A stretch of DNA of 63,990 nt, counting the filler, from an uncultured Methanosarcinales archaeon (GTDB lineage Archaea; Nanobdellota; Nanobdellia; Woesearchaeales; UBA12501): assembly GCA_964397315.1 (NCBI GenBank). It is 8 parts of 8 records of this genome, joined end to end, with 100 filler letters (N's around TTAATTAATTAA, not from the genome) between each part and the next. Parts side by side here need not be neighbours in the genome. Positions count along the whole stretch, not along the records: positions 44,871 to 52,196 come from CAYNHV010000044.1; positions 52,297 to 59,496 come from CAYNHV010000045.1; 6 more parts are not named here. One strand, given 5' to 3'. Under the pieces are notes generated by a model. The model saw only the letters and a list, made by a program, of their open reading frames with translations. It did no database searches and was not told the origin of the DNA. Numbering within the stretch: position 1 is the first letter of the stretch; each line of letters starts with the position of its first letter. The translations under genes were made by a program, and so were the position numbers. Positions 46,998-57,378 of this stretch are shown piece by piece.

Positions 46998-47171
46998 ATG
47001 AAAAAGCCCATCAGCGCCACTATTGACGAAGACCTTATTGAGTGGCTGAACATCCAGACAGAAGACAGGACAAGATACAGGAACAAGAGCCATGTCATTG
47101 AAGTAGCTCTTGAAACTCTCAGAAAAGAGCTGGAGGACTCGGCAAAGGCAAGGAATAAGCAGGGCAGATGA
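46998..47171 (+). CDS. Ribbon-helix-helix regulator, 57 aa, missing from the ORF track
   Basis: MKKPISATIDEDLIEWLNIQTEDRTRYRNKSHVIEVALETLRKE... Confidence 0.78.
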   Translation: MKKPISATIDEDLIEWLNIQTEDRTRYRNKSHVIEVALETLRKELEDSAKARNKQGR

Positions 47172-47252
47172 TTGCCCAGAAAAGCACATAAGAGTAAAAA
47201 GAATAGGATCCAAGAAGGAACTCAAAAGAGGATTCCAAAAAAGAGGTGTAGA

Positions 47253-49559
47253 ATGGCTGAAAAAGAGGTCTGGAATTATGAAGTTCTCAGGGAGGGTGAG
47301 GACGTAATCCTCAGGGTGGACTGCAGCAGCATAATAAGAGCCCCTTCTCTGGAGGATGATCCCATATATATGGCCAAGATAATAGAGACTCTTGTCCAGG
47401 TCAAGAACGCCACCAAGATAATACTCTACCAGAAGAGGGATTACGAGTACAGCTATGAAGAGACGCAAATCCTGATGGAGATTGCCATGCTCTACCAGAA
47501 GCTGGTAAAAGAGAAGGAATACTTCTCCTATGAAGCTCTCACCTTCAACGGAAAATGCTCTGCAAATGTCAACCAGAGATACACCTACCTCCAGAACCTC
47601 ATCTACAGGAGGATAAAAGAGGATCCGATAGGCGCTTATGTGGAGCTGAAGAGGAAGATAAGGGACGAAAAGCTGAGGATGCAGAAGTCCCTGGATGACA
47701 ATGAGATACAATGCACAAAAAGATATATCGGGCTTCTGACATACATTATGGGCCTTCTTGAGAACACAAAGATGATATCCCTTGTGAAGCACAAGCTCTC
47801 AGGCTACGACCCAAAGGACAGGGAGCTGTACAGGGAGATACTACACCCCATGATAAAGCCTGACTTCATGTTCACCAAGCTCATGGCCAACTATCCCCAA
47901 AACGGGGAGGAGATAGACAGCTATGTTGTGGGGGAAAACACTGAAGTTACAATATTCAAGTTCGCTGACAATGTCAAATACCTCTACCACATGACACCCC
48001 CTGAGTTCAAGCTGAGCGAGGAGAAGTATGAGATACTGGACATGGCCAGGAACATAATGGCAGAGCACAAGCCCACAAGAGCCGAGTTCGTTAATCCCCA
48101 GAGGATGAGGGAGGTCTTCTATAACATAGGCCGTGACCTGATAGAGGAGCTCATAAACTACAGGAACATAAAGATGGGCCAGAAGGAGATAGACGAGCTC
48201 ACAGAGATTCTTGTCAGGTACACCGTCGGGTTCGGCCTGATAGAGGTTCTTCTTCAGGACGAGAAGATACAGGACATATCAGTAAACTCTCCCCTCGGAA
48301 GGATACCTCTCTTCATAGTTCACGGGGACTACGCTGACTGCGACACCAACATAATACCCACTATACCTGAGGCAGAGTCTTGGGCATCAAAGCTGAGGAT
48401 GATATCAGGAAGGCCCCTTGACGAGGCAAATCCAGTGCTTGACACAGAGCTTCTCCTTCCCGGAGCCAGCACAAGAGTGGCAGTAATGACATCCCCTCTT
48501 GATCCAACCGGGCTTGCGTACTCTTTCAGAAGGCACAGGGACAAGCCGTGGACGCTGCCCTTGTTCATACACAACAAGATGATAAACCCCGCAGCAGCAG
48601 GGCTGCTCAGCTTTGTGATTGACGGAACAAGAAGCCTGCTTATAGCGGGAACACGAAGCTCTGGTAAATCCTCCTTCCTGAGCAGCCTTATGGTTGAGAT
48701 AATGAGAAGATACAGGATAATAACTGTGGAGGACACGCTGGAGCTTCCCACATCCCAGATGAGGCATCTTGGGTTCAACATACAGCCCATGAAAGTCGCC
48801 TCTGCTCTTGTGAAAGGCACCTCTGAAGTGAGCGCTGCAGACGGCATCAGGACAACCCTGAGGCTGGGGGACTCCTCCCTCATAATAGGCGAGGTAAGGA
48901 GCAAGGAAGCCCTGGCGCTTTACGAGGCAATGAGGGTCGGCGCTGCAGCCAATGTTGTTGCAGGCACCATACACGGCGATAGCCCTTACGGCGTTTTTGA
49001 CAGGGTCGTGAATGACATCGGAGTTCCAAAGACATCATTCAAGGCAACTGACATCATAATAGTGGCAAACCCAATAAAAAGCCCTGGAGGCATTGAGAGG
49101 AAAAGAAGAATAACCCAGATAACAGAAGTGAGGAAGCACTGGGAGGAGGATCCAATGACAGAGAACGGCTTTGCTGACCTTATGAAGTATGACAGCAAGG
49201 CTGACGAGCTCAAGATAAGCGATGACCTCATAAACGGGGACAGCGACGTGCTCAAGGCTATTGCAGCAAACATTCCCGAGTTTGCAGGAGACTGGAGCGC
49301 GATGTGGCAGAATATTGAGCTAAGGGGAAGGATAAAGAAAGCCCAGGTTGATTATGCTGTCAAAGCCAATGACCTCAGCCTGCTGGAGGCCCCCTTCACA
49401 ATAAAGTGCAACGACATGATGCATATCATCTCAGAGAAGGTGAAAAAAGATGTTGGATCCCTGGACCCTGACAGGATATTCAACGAGTGGGAGGCCTGGC
49501 TGAAAAGCGAGCTCAAGAGGAGGAGCCTGCAGAAGGAGGGAGAGGGGGAAGAAGAGTGA
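47253..49559 (+). CDS. Type II/IV secretion or pilus assembly ATPase (VirB11/TadA-like)
   Basis: GTRSSGKS Walker A, VEDTLEL, LRLGDSSLIIGEVR, GTIHG; RBS GAGGTG. Confidence 0.92.
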   Translation: MAEKEVWNYEVLREGEDVILRVDCSSIIRAPSLEDDPIYMAKIIETLVQVKNATKIILYQKRDYEYSYEETQILMEIAMLYQKLVKEKEYFSYEALTFNGKCSANVNQRYTYLQNLIYRRIKEDPIGAYVELKRKIRDEKLRMQKSLDDNEIQCTKRYIGLLTYIMGLLENTKMISLVKHKLSGYDPKDRELYREILHPMIKPDFMFTKLMANYPQNGEEIDSYVVGENTEVTIFKFADNVKYLYHMTPPEFKLSEEKYEILDMARNIMAEHKPTRAEFVNPQRMREVFYNIGRDLIEELINYRNIKMGQKEIDELTEILVRYTVGFGLIEVLLQDEKIQDISVNSPLGRIPLFIVHGDYADCDTNIIPTIPEAESWASKLRMISGRPLDEANPVLDTELLLPGASTRVAVMTSPLDPTGLAYSFRRHRDKPWTLPLFIHNKMINPAAAGLLSFVIDGTRSLLIAGTRSSGKSSFLSSLMVEIMRRYRIITVEDTLELPTSQMRHLGFNIQPMKVASALVKGTSEVSAADGIRTTLRLGDSSLIIGEVRSKEALALYEAMRVGAAANVVAGTIHGDSPYGVFDRVVNDIGVPKTSFKATDIIIVANPIKSPGGIERKRRITQITEVRKHWEEDPMTENGFADLMKYDSKADELKISDDLINGDSDVLKAIAANIPEFAGDWSAMWQNIELRGRIKKAQVDYAVKANDLSLLEAPFTIKCNDMMHIISEKVKKDVGSLDPDRIFNEWEAWLKSELKRRSLQKEGEGEEE

Positions 49560-49598
49560 ATCATTCTGCAGTTGCAGCCTTTCCTTGGGGGATAACAG

Positions 49599-51893
49599 AT
49601 GGCGGATAAAAACGACCAGAGCAAAAAAAAGGACAGGATTGGAGAGGATGAGATAAAGGATGTAATGAAGAAATACAGGGAGAGGATTAACAAGGAGATG
49701 GGGCGGCCCCTCACAGAGTCCACAGAGGTAAAATCTGTTTCCTCAAAGGACTATTCAGAGTTTAAGCAGGAATATATGCCAAAGAAGCTCACAATATACG
49801 AGAAGCTCTGCAACATGAGCGAGAGGCTTCTCAAGATAACCCCTGACAAGAAGAAGATACCTGAGTATGAGGATGCCATAAGGATATGCCACCTGAACGT
49901 GACTCCCTCAGGAGTGACTTCATTCGCCATACTGGCCCCTCTCGCCATTATAATACTAGGATCCCTCATAAGCTTCATCCTCTTCCAGTCAATGTTTTTC
50001 ATAATGTTCTTTCTCATAGCGGGGCTGGCAGTCTACGCGCCGCTGAATAAGCTCCCCATGTTCATAGCGAACAGCTGGAGGATGAAGGCCAGCAACCAGA
50101 TGGTGCTCTGCATCTTCTACATGGTAACCTACATGAGGCACACCTCAAACCTTGAGCTTGCCGTAAGATTCGCTTCAGACCACCTTGCGCCGCCTCTCTC
50201 GCTTGATCTTAAGAAAGTGATATGGGATGTGGAGACAGAGAAGTTTGAGTCCATAAAAGAATCAATGGATGATTATCTCAAGCTGTGGAAGAAGTGGAAT
50301 ATGGAGTTCATAGAGGCGTTCCATCTTGTTGAGTCTTCACTCTATGAGGGAAGCGAGGACAGGAGGATTGGCCTTCTTGACAAGGCCCTCTCAGTCATAC
50401 TTGATGAGACATATGAGAAAATGCTCCATTACGCCCAGAACCTGAAATCGCCCATAACAATGCTTCATATGCTGGGAATCATACTTCCCATACTGGGGCT
50501 TGTCATACTGCCCCTTGTGGTGAGCTTCATGTGCCAGGTAAAATGGTATCATCTGGCTGCATTGTACAACATCGCGCTGCCCATAGGTGTTTTTTATCTT
50601 GGAAAGAACATACTCTCAACAAGGCCGACAGGTTATGGAGACACTGACGTGTCAGAGGAGAATCCCGAGCTGAAGAAGTACAGGAACATAATAATACCTT
50701 TGGGAAATGCTGAGATAAAGATAAATCCCATGATAGTGTCTGTCATATTCATGATACTGTTTGTGATGATAGGCTTCAGCCCCCTTCTGCTTCACTCCTT
50801 TACCGCTGAGTCAAACTGGGACATGATAATGACAAAAAGCGGGGATCCATTGATAAGGCAGACCTACCAGCTTGAGGATCCTGAGGAGAAATTCAGCCTT
50901 CTGGGCTACAGGCAGTCTCAGGGCTGCCCTCCTGGAGAGGAGTCCGCTGAGGGCTACGGTGAGATGGCGGGGCCCTTCGGGCTCGGAGCAGCCATCCTGA
51001 GCCTGCTGCTTGTGATAGGGGTTGGAGCGGGAATAGGCCTGCACTACAAGCTGAAATCATCTAATGTGATGAAGATAAGGGAGAGGGCAAAAGAGCTTGA
51101 GAAGGAATTCGCTTCTGCCCTGTTCCAGCTAGGAAACAGGCTTGGAGACGGCCTGCCTGCAGAGATAGCCTTCAGCAAGGTTGCCTCAGTCATGGGGGAC
51201 ACTGTTTCAGGCGGATTCTTCAGGACAGTCTCAAACAACATAACCAGGATGGGAATGGGTGTGGAAAGCGCGATATTTGACGAGAAACACGGGGCCCTGG
51301 TCTACTATCCCTCATCCCTGATAGAGAGCTCAATGAAGGTCCTGACTGAAAGCGTGAAAAAAGGCCCTTCCATAGCAGCAAGAGCGATAATAAGCGTTTC
51401 AAGATACATCAAGGAGATTCACAGGGTTGACGAGAGGCTGAAGGATCTCATGGCAGACACCATAAGCTCAATGAAATCCCAGATAAAGTTCATGACCCCT
51501 GCAATCGCGGGCATTGTCATAGGCATAACATCCATGATAACAACGATACTCGGCCAGCTCGGAAGCCAGCTGAGGCAGCTCACCTCAGGCCAGGATGGTG
51601 CCCAGGGCATGGGCGCGGGAGCTAGCATGGTGTCAATGTTCGGCGAGGGCGTGCCCACATTCTACTTCCAGATAATAGTGGGATTCTATGTTGTTCAGCT
51701 TATATACATCCTCACTATAATAACAAACGGAATAGAGAACGGCTCTGACAAGCTCGGGGAGAGGTTCAGCCTGGGAAAGAACCTGATAAAGAGCACGCTC
51801 TCCTACACTGCAGTGGCCCTGCTCATAATGATAATATTCAATGCAATAGCAGGGACAATAATGAGCCAGCTAAACCTCGGCGGAATGGGCTAG
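49599..51893 (+). CDS. Pilus membrane platform protein (TadB/TadC/FlaJ-like)
   Basis: Two T2SSF-like cytoplasmic domains with TM pairs; follows the ATPase. Confidence 0.82.
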   Translation: MADKNDQSKKKDRIGEDEIKDVMKKYRERINKEMGRPLTESTEVKSVSSKDYSEFKQEYMPKKLTIYEKLCNMSERLLKITPDKKKIPEYEDAIRICHLNVTPSGVTSFAILAPLAIIILGSLISFILFQSMFFIMFFLIAGLAVYAPLNKLPMFIANSWRMKASNQMVLCIFYMVTYMRHTSNLELAVRFASDHLAPPLSLDLKKVIWDVETEKFESIKESMDDYLKLWKKWNMEFIEAFHLVESSLYEGSEDRRIGLLDKALSVILDETYEKMLHYAQNLKSPITMLHMLGIILPILGLVILPLVVSFMCQVKWYHLAALYNIALPIGVFYLGKNILSTRPTGYGDTDVSEENPELKKYRNIIIPLGNAEIKINPMIVSVIFMILFVMIGFSPLLLHSFTAESNWDMIMTKSGDPLIRQTYQLEDPEEKFSLLGYRQSQGCPPGEESAEGYGEMAGPFGLGAAILSLLLVIGVGAGIGLHYKLKSSNVMKIRERAKELEKEFASALFQLGNRLGDGLPAEIAFSKVASVMGDTVSGGFFRTVSNNITRMGMGVESAIFDEKHGALVYYPSSLIESSMKVLTESVKKGPSIAARAIISVSRYIKEIHRVDERLKDLMADTISSMKSQIKFMTPAIAGIVIGITSMITTILGQLGSQLRQLTSGQDGAQGMGAGASMVSMFGEGVPTFYFQIIVGFYVVQLIYILTIITNGIENGSDKLGERFSLGKNLIKSTLSYTAVALLIMIIFNAIAGTIMSQLNLGGMG

Positions 51894-51894
51894 A

Positions 51895-52196
51895 CTAAGA
51901 ATGATGCTCGTTTTACAAGAGGGATTATGACATTGCCTCCCCCTGTTTATGAGTTAAGGTACTGCTCATTGTAAAAAAAGGGAGGAATTCCTCCAGATGT
52001 TGCCACCGCCCTGGTCGCGGTTACAAACTGACCTTTCCCGCCACCCATCCCCCTCACACATGCTTAGCGCACCAACTCCACAGAGCGCTTTAAGCATATC
52101 ATTGGGTGGGCTTATTGGAGGCAGAAGTGGGGAGTTGTGCAGAGACAGAATCAGATAACCTGCTAGGTGGTTGTGCAGAAAGGGTGGGAAGTACTA
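51895..52196 (+). repeat. Mosaic repeat family A copy at contig end
   Basis: GGAATTCCTCCAGATGTTGCC, CCCCCTCACACATGCT, GGGCTTATTGGAGGCAGAAG, GGGTGGGAAGTACTA. Confidence 0.88.
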
Positions 52197-52296
52197 NNNN
52201 NNNNNNNNNNNNNNNNNNNNNNNNNNNNNNNNNNNNNNNNTTAATTAATTAANNNNNNNNNNNNNNNNNNNNNNNNNNNNNNNNNNNNNNNNNNNN

Positions 52297-52325
52297 CTTG
52301 AGGGTGTGGTTAGGATTTGCTTTAT
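52297..52325 (+). repeat. Palindromic element family B, right terminus at contig start
   Basis: AGGGTGTGGTTAGGATTTGCTTTAT identical to 29061-29085. Confidence 0.75.
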
Positions 52326-52426
52326 AAGATAATGGTCAAATTTTTATTATAAGCAATCTCAATGAAAACGTCAATTATAATTGATGATTTAAAGCATTAT
52401 TGTCCATTATAATCTACAATTTTGAC

Positions 52427-52620
52427 CAGGCAATCCAGGTCACTATATCTCTTGATGACAGGAAAACAAGAAAAAGAGAGATAAAAGGGCTTATTGAAGC
52501 CATGAAAAGATTCAAGCTGAAGAAGGCCTCATACTGACAGAGAAAGACGAGGATGAGATAAACATTGAAGGTAAACATTCTATGAGTGGCTTCTTGAGGG
52601 GCAGGGGCAAGAGAGGCTGA
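52427..52620 (+). pseudogene. C-terminal remnant of an AAA+ ATPase (COG1373/DUF4143-like)
   Basis: QAIQVT..TRKREIKGLIEAMKRFKLKK / GLILTEKDEDEINIEGK / YEWLL across frameshifts. Confidence 0.6.
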
Positions 52621-52823
52621 TCAAGCAGATTTCCAAGATAACCATGAGATACAGCAGGAAAGGAACAAGAGAATTGTATGCGTCCCCTTTCCGCCTCTCC
52701 TACAAGCTTGAAGGGGGGAAAATATACATCCTTGCCCTGCACCATAAGGACAGCCAGTGAGCTGCCCTGTAAAACCGCAAAGCCCCCAAAATTTATAAAC
52801 AATTAGCTCTATTTCTCCTGAAA

Positions 52824-53828
52824 ATGCTCTGCCTAGGCATAGAATCAACAGCCCACACATTCGGGGCTGCTGTAGTTGATGATTCAGGAAGTGTTCTCTC
52901 CAATGAGAAGGACGTGTTCACAACAAAAAAAGGAGAGGGCGGCATGATACCCAACAAGGTTGCAGAGCACCACAGGAGAGTGAGGGACACTGTCATAAGG
53001 GGCGCGCTTGAAAAGGCAGGCGTGAAAACAGGGGACATCAGCCTGATATCATTCTCAAGAAGCCCGGGCCTGGCCCCTTCACTTGTCGCTGGCATGGAAA
53101 AGGCAAAGCAGCTAGCAGGAGAGAACAGCATCCCGATAATAGGGGTGAACCACTGCATAGCCCATCTTGAGATAGGCAGCTTAACAACAAAAGCAGAGGA
53201 TCCTGTCCTGCTTTACGCCTCAGGCGTTAACACCCAGGTCATTGCATATGAGGGGGGGAGATACCGCATATTCGGGGAGACGCTTGACATAGGAATAGGA
53301 AATTTCATTGACGCTTTTGCAAGGCACGCGGGCCTCGGCTTTCCAGGAGGCCCTGAGATTGAAAGGCTGGCGCAGAAGTCAGCGATGAGGAAGAGCAATG
53401 ACCTAATCCAGCTTCCTTATGTTGTGAAGGGAATGGACGTGAGCTTTGGAGGCCTGCTCACAAACCTCAAGCAGAAGCTTGACTCAAAAGAATACAGGCT
53501 GGAGGACCTTGCATTCTCAATGCAGGAGACTGTCTTTGCCATGCTCATAGAGGTGTCAGAGAGGGCAATGGCCCACACCGGAAAGAAAGAGCTCCTGCTC
53601 GGAGGGGGTGTGGCGTGCAACAAGCGCCTTCAGGAGATGGCAGGAATAATGTGCAGTGAGCGCGATGCGCAATGCTTCATACCTGAGAACCAGTACCTGG
53701 TGGACAATGCCGCAATGATAGCGTGGCTCGGGATACTTGAAAACCGGGCGGGAGTAAAGCAAAACATTAATGAATTAGACATATCCCCCTATGAGAGAAC
53801 AGACCAGGTTGAGGCTGTATGGAGATAA
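52824..53828 (+). CDS. kae1: tRNA t6A threonylcarbamoyltransferase Kae1
   Basis: LGIESTAHTFG, VNHCIAHLEIG, GETLDIGIGN, DNAAMIAW. Confidence 0.96.
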   Translation: MLCLGIESTAHTFGAAVVDDSGSVLSNEKDVFTTKKGEGGMIPNKVAEHHRRVRDTVIRGALEKAGVKTGDISLISFSRSPGLAPSLVAGMEKAKQLAGENSIPIIGVNHCIAHLEIGSLTTKAEDPVLLYASGVNTQVIAYEGGRYRIFGETLDIGIGNFIDAFARHAGLGFPGGPEIERLAQKSAMRKSNDLIQLPYVVKGMDVSFGGLLTNLKQKLDSKEYRLEDLAFSMQETVFAMLIEVSERAMAHTGKKELLLGGGVACNKRLQEMAGIMCSERDAQCFIPENQYLVDNAAMIAWLGILENRAGVKQNINELDISPYERTDQVEAVWR

Positions 53829-54490
53829 AAAAGAACCTGAAAGCCCATGTAATAATCTCCCTTGTCCTAAGGCTTCTCATAGCAGGAATACTTGTGTCCT
53901 CAATAGTAGAATTCAACCTTCTTCTTGTTTTCATCTCTACGGTGATGCTCTTTCTCACTTTCCTTCCCTCAATAATAATGAGAAGGTTCAGGATCGTGCT
54001 GCCGCCTGAGCTGGAGATCACCTTCAGCCTGTTCCTCTTCGCGTCGTTCATCCTGGGGGAGATGAGGCAGTATTACCTGAAGTTCTGGTGGTGGGACATC
54101 ATGCTGCACTCTTTTGCTGCATTCATGCTCGGCCTCCTCGGATTCATAATAATCTACACCTTTTACTTCACGCACAAGGTCAGGATATCCCCTCATATCG
54201 CGTCTGTCTTCAGCTTCTCTTTCTCTGTCTCTCTCGGAGTTCTTTGGGAGATATTTGAGTTCTCCATGGACCATGCTTTCGGCTTCAACATGCAGAAGTC
54301 AGGCCTTATGGACACAATGACAGACCTCATAGTTGACGCTCTCGGAGCCCTGCTTGTCTCTGCTCTGGGCTTCTTTTACATAAGGTTCGGCACCTCTTTT
54401 ATAATAGAGAAGTCAGTCAAGAGGTTCAAAAGAATGAACAGGCGGCTGTTCAGGCCTGTGAGAAGGATGAAACAGCGGCCCAAAAGATAG
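53819..54490 (+). CDS. Integral membrane protein
   Basis: WWDIMLH, WEIFEF, DTMTDL; multiple TM helices. Confidence 0.8.
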   Translation: MEIKKNLKAHVIISLVLRLLIAGILVSSIVEFNLLLVFISTVMLFLTFLPSIIMRRFRIVLPPELEITFSLFLFASFILGEMRQYYLKFWWWDIMLHSFAAFMLGLLGFIIIYTFYFTHKVRISPHIASVFSFSFSVSLGVLWEIFEFSMDHAFGFNMQKSGLMDTMTDLIVDALGALLVSALGFFYIRFGTSFIIEKSVKRFKRMNRRLFRPVRRMKQRPKR

Positions 54491-54495
54491 CTGCT

Positions 54496-55155
54496 TCACT
54501 GCTTCCTGTCCTTCTTCTCGGATGATTTCTTCTGCAGCAGGTATGCCATCCAGGCCATAAGCCCGAAGAAGCCCACCAGCACTATTGTTCCGGCCACTAT
54601 TCCTGCAGTTACAAGCTCCATGCTAAAACCTCCTGTTATTTCTTTAATGCCTTCTGCACTCCCTTCTGAAGGCAGCTCATCTCCTGTTGTATTGCCACCA
54701 TCAAAGCTTATGGTGATTATCCTGTTGGGTGGTGCTTCTGCCTCGCCGCCTGAGACATTGGTGTTTCCTGTTGTGCTGTTCTGCGCGGTTTCACTGCTGT
54801 TATCGCTTTCCTCTGCCTTGTCTTCTGGAGCATATCCTGTGCAGTCGCTTGTCATCTCATAGATGATGAACTCGTTGTCTATGGTGACTGAAGTGCAGAC
54901 CCCCTTGAATCCTGCCTCATGCGCCTCTTCTATGGCCTCGTCTGTCTGCGTGTTCATGCCCCTTATGAAGCTGTCCGTGTCCTCTGACAGGCAGCTGCTA
55001 AGGCCGCCGCAATCCTCGTCGCAGTTGCAGTAGTCATCATAAAACTCAAGCCTGAAATCCCTTGACGCGTTTTCATCTGCGGATGATAACGGCGTGAGCG
55101 CTGCTGCAAGCAGAAGCCCTGCTATGATGAGCAGGCAGGTTCTTTCCACCCTCAT
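54496..55155 (-). CDS. Surface protein with signal peptide and C-terminal TM
   Basis: Cys-containing N-terminal domain, S/T linker, ITG motif, TM helix. Confidence 0.6.
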   Translation of the reverse strand: MRVERTCLLIIAGLLLAAALTPLSSADENASRDFRLEFYDDYCNCDEDCGGLSSCLSEDTDSFIRGMNTQTDEAIEEAHEAGFKGVCTSVTIDNEFIIYEMTSDCTGYAPEDKAEESDNSSETAQNSTTGNTNVSGGEAEAPPNRIITISFDGGNTTGDELPSEGSAEGIKEITGGFSMELVTAGIVAGTIVLVGFFGLMAWMAYLLQKKSSEKKDRKQ

Positions 55156-55305
55156 GCGCTCTTATAATCCCCCTTCATTTATATATGTTTCTATTCTTGA
55201 GTAGATATTAAGGGGCAGAGGGGCGCTGCTCCTGAATCAAGGGCAGGGCCTGCCAGGGAATGCATAATATGGCCTACTGAGCCTCAGAAACGATTCTCTC
55301 CAGGG

Positions 55306-57243
55306 TTATCCTCTCTTAATCTTCTCAAGTATCTTCCTCTTGCCCTTCCAGTCAAGGGCCTCTTTCAGAACTTCCCTGATGTCGCTGACAGGCACGATGT
55401 CTATCTTCTTCAGCTTCTCTGGATCTATAACAATATCATCAACATTTGAGGCCGGCACTATGACCTTTGCCAGGCCTGTCTCTATCGCAGCCTCTATCTT
55501 TGCGGAAACTCCGCCTATCGGAAGCACGTCTCCTCTCACAGAAAGCGAGCCTGTCATTGCAACGTCCTGCTTCACAGGAATCTTCTTCAGGGCTGAGATT
55601 ATTGAGGTGGCAACTGCTATTGATGCTGAGTCGCCCTCAACACCCTCATAGGTCTGCAGGAACTGGACATAAATGTCATACTTCTCCCTTATGTCCTGGC
55701 CAAAGTATCTCTTGACAATTGCGGACACGTTCTGGACAGCCTCTTTGGCTATCTCACCCAGCCTTCCAGTGGCTATTATCTCCCTCTGCTTTCCTCCTGG
55801 AGTTACCTGGCTCTCTATCGGCAGTATTATGCCTGAGTAGATTGATGTCTCTCCGCCTATGACAGCAAGGCCGTTGACCCTCCCCACCTTCCTGCCTGAA
55901 GTGACTATGACCTTGTACTCCTTCTTCTTCTCTATGTACTTGTCAGCCATCTGCTGCTCAAGGGTTCTTGCAACTGATTTTGCCCTGATCACGTGCTTCT
56001 TCTCAACCAGTTTTGACTTGTCCTCAAGCGCAAGGTCTCCTGCCGCCCTTATCATGCCTCCAAGCTCCCTCAGCCTCAGGGTGAGATGATCCTTCCTGTT
56101 CGCCCTTCTTCTTGCCTCCTCAACAATGGCCTCAACAGCGTCTCTGGAGAATTGAGGTATCTTCTTGTCCTTCTTTACCTCCTGGGCCACAAACAAGGCA
56201 ATTTTCTTCCTGTTCTCCCTATTGTCAGGCATTGTCTCCCTCATGTACACCTCATACCCATAACCCCTTATCCTTGACCTTAGGGCGGGGTGCATGTGCT
56301 TGAGAGTCTCATAATTGCCTGCTGCAATAAGAATGAAATTGCACGGAGCCGGCTCTGTCCTTACCATTGCCCCTGCTGACCTCTCGCTCTGGCCTGTTAT
56401 TGAATATTTTCCCTCCTGCAGGGCTGTCAGCAGCTCCTGCTGGGTGTGGGCGTGCAGGGTGGCTATTTCGTCAATAAAAAGGACACCCATGTGGGCCTTG
56501 TGCATCATCCCTGCCACAATCCTCTCATGAGCTGGTGTTCCTAAACCGCCTGACTGGAATGGGTCGTGCAGGACATCGCCAAGGAGAGCTCCTGCATGGG
56601 CTCCTGTCGCGTCCATGAACGGCGCCTGCTTCCTGTTATAATTGTCCACAAGAAGCTTTGGAGCCTGCGTCCTCTCCCCAAATCTCTTTCCAAGGTTCAG
56701 GAATATGATAAATGCGGCGAGGAATATCATGCCTCCCATGAAGAACGCGGCGAACATTATGGCTGCTGCTGTCTTCCCGAACTCCTGCTGGTAATACGAC
56801 AGCACCCACCACGGCGCTATCATGGCAAGCACGACAAGGGCGAATATTATGATGTTCTGGTTCTTAAGAAAGCCATCCCCCTGTCCTTTTGCCTTGCTCA
56901 CAAGGCTCCTCCCCTGTCCGGCAGGCATGACCCTTATCAAAGGCTGGTTCTCGTCATTCGGGTTTGAGAATGCCATTACATCAACAAGCTTCTCCTTTGG
57001 AAGAAGCTCTGCAAGGGCCAGCCCGAGCATTGACTTTCCGGTGCCGGGCTCGCCTATCAGAAGGACGTGCCGCCTCTGCATGGAGGCCTTCTTTATGACG
57101 TCAACAGCATCCTCCTGGCCTATGACCTGGTCTGCAATGCTCTGCGACACCTTGAGCTCTTCTGTTGTCTTGAAATCAAAGCCTGAGCTCTTGTCCGCGC
57201 TCCTGCCTGCGCCGCTGCTGCTTTTGCCTTCAGATTCAGCCAT
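55306..57243 (-). CDS. lonB: ATP-dependent protease LonB
   Basis: [10 protein letters not shown] insert, GDSAS (Ser), GGVSAK (Lys). Confidence 0.96.
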   Translation of the reverse strand: MAESEGKSSSGAGRSADKSSGFDFKTTEELKVSQSIADQVIGQEDAVDVIKKASMQRRHVLLIGEPGTGKSMLGLALAELLPKEKLVDVMAFSNPNDENQPLIRVMPAGQGRSLVSKAKGQGDGFLKNQNIIIFALVVLAMIAPWWVLSYYQQEFGKTAAAIMFAAFFMGGMIFLAAFIIFLNLGKRFGERTQAPKLLVDNYNRKQAPFMDATGAHAGALLGDVLHDPFQSGGLGTPAHERIVAGMMHKAHMGVLFIDEIATLHAHTQQELLTALQEGKYSITGQSERSAGAMVRTEPAPCNFILIAAGNYETLKHMHPALRSRIRGYGYEVYMRETMPDNRENRKKIALFVAQEVKKDKKIPQFSRDAVEAIVEEARRRANRKDHLTLRLRELGGMIRAAGDLALEDKSKLVEKKHVIRAKSVARTLEQQMADKYIEKKKEYKVIVTSGRKVGRVNGLAVIGGETSIYSGIILPIESQVTPGGKQREIIATGRLGEIAKEAVQNVSAIVKRYFGQDIREKYDIYVQFLQTYEGVEGDSASIAVATSIISALKKIPVKQDVAMTGSLSVRGDVLPIGGVSAKIEAAIETGLAKVIVPASNVDDIVIDPEKLKKIDIVPVSDIREVLKEALDWKGKRKILEKIKRG

Positions 57244-57378
57244 GTTCCCCCTCTGAGAGTGGATTTAATACTTTTGCAAGTCCTATTTAAAGGTTTTGAA
57301 ACATTAGATCATACAAGCCACCAAAAACAATATAAAGAATATATGAAATGACAGATGAGGGTGTTACAGGAGGTCAGA

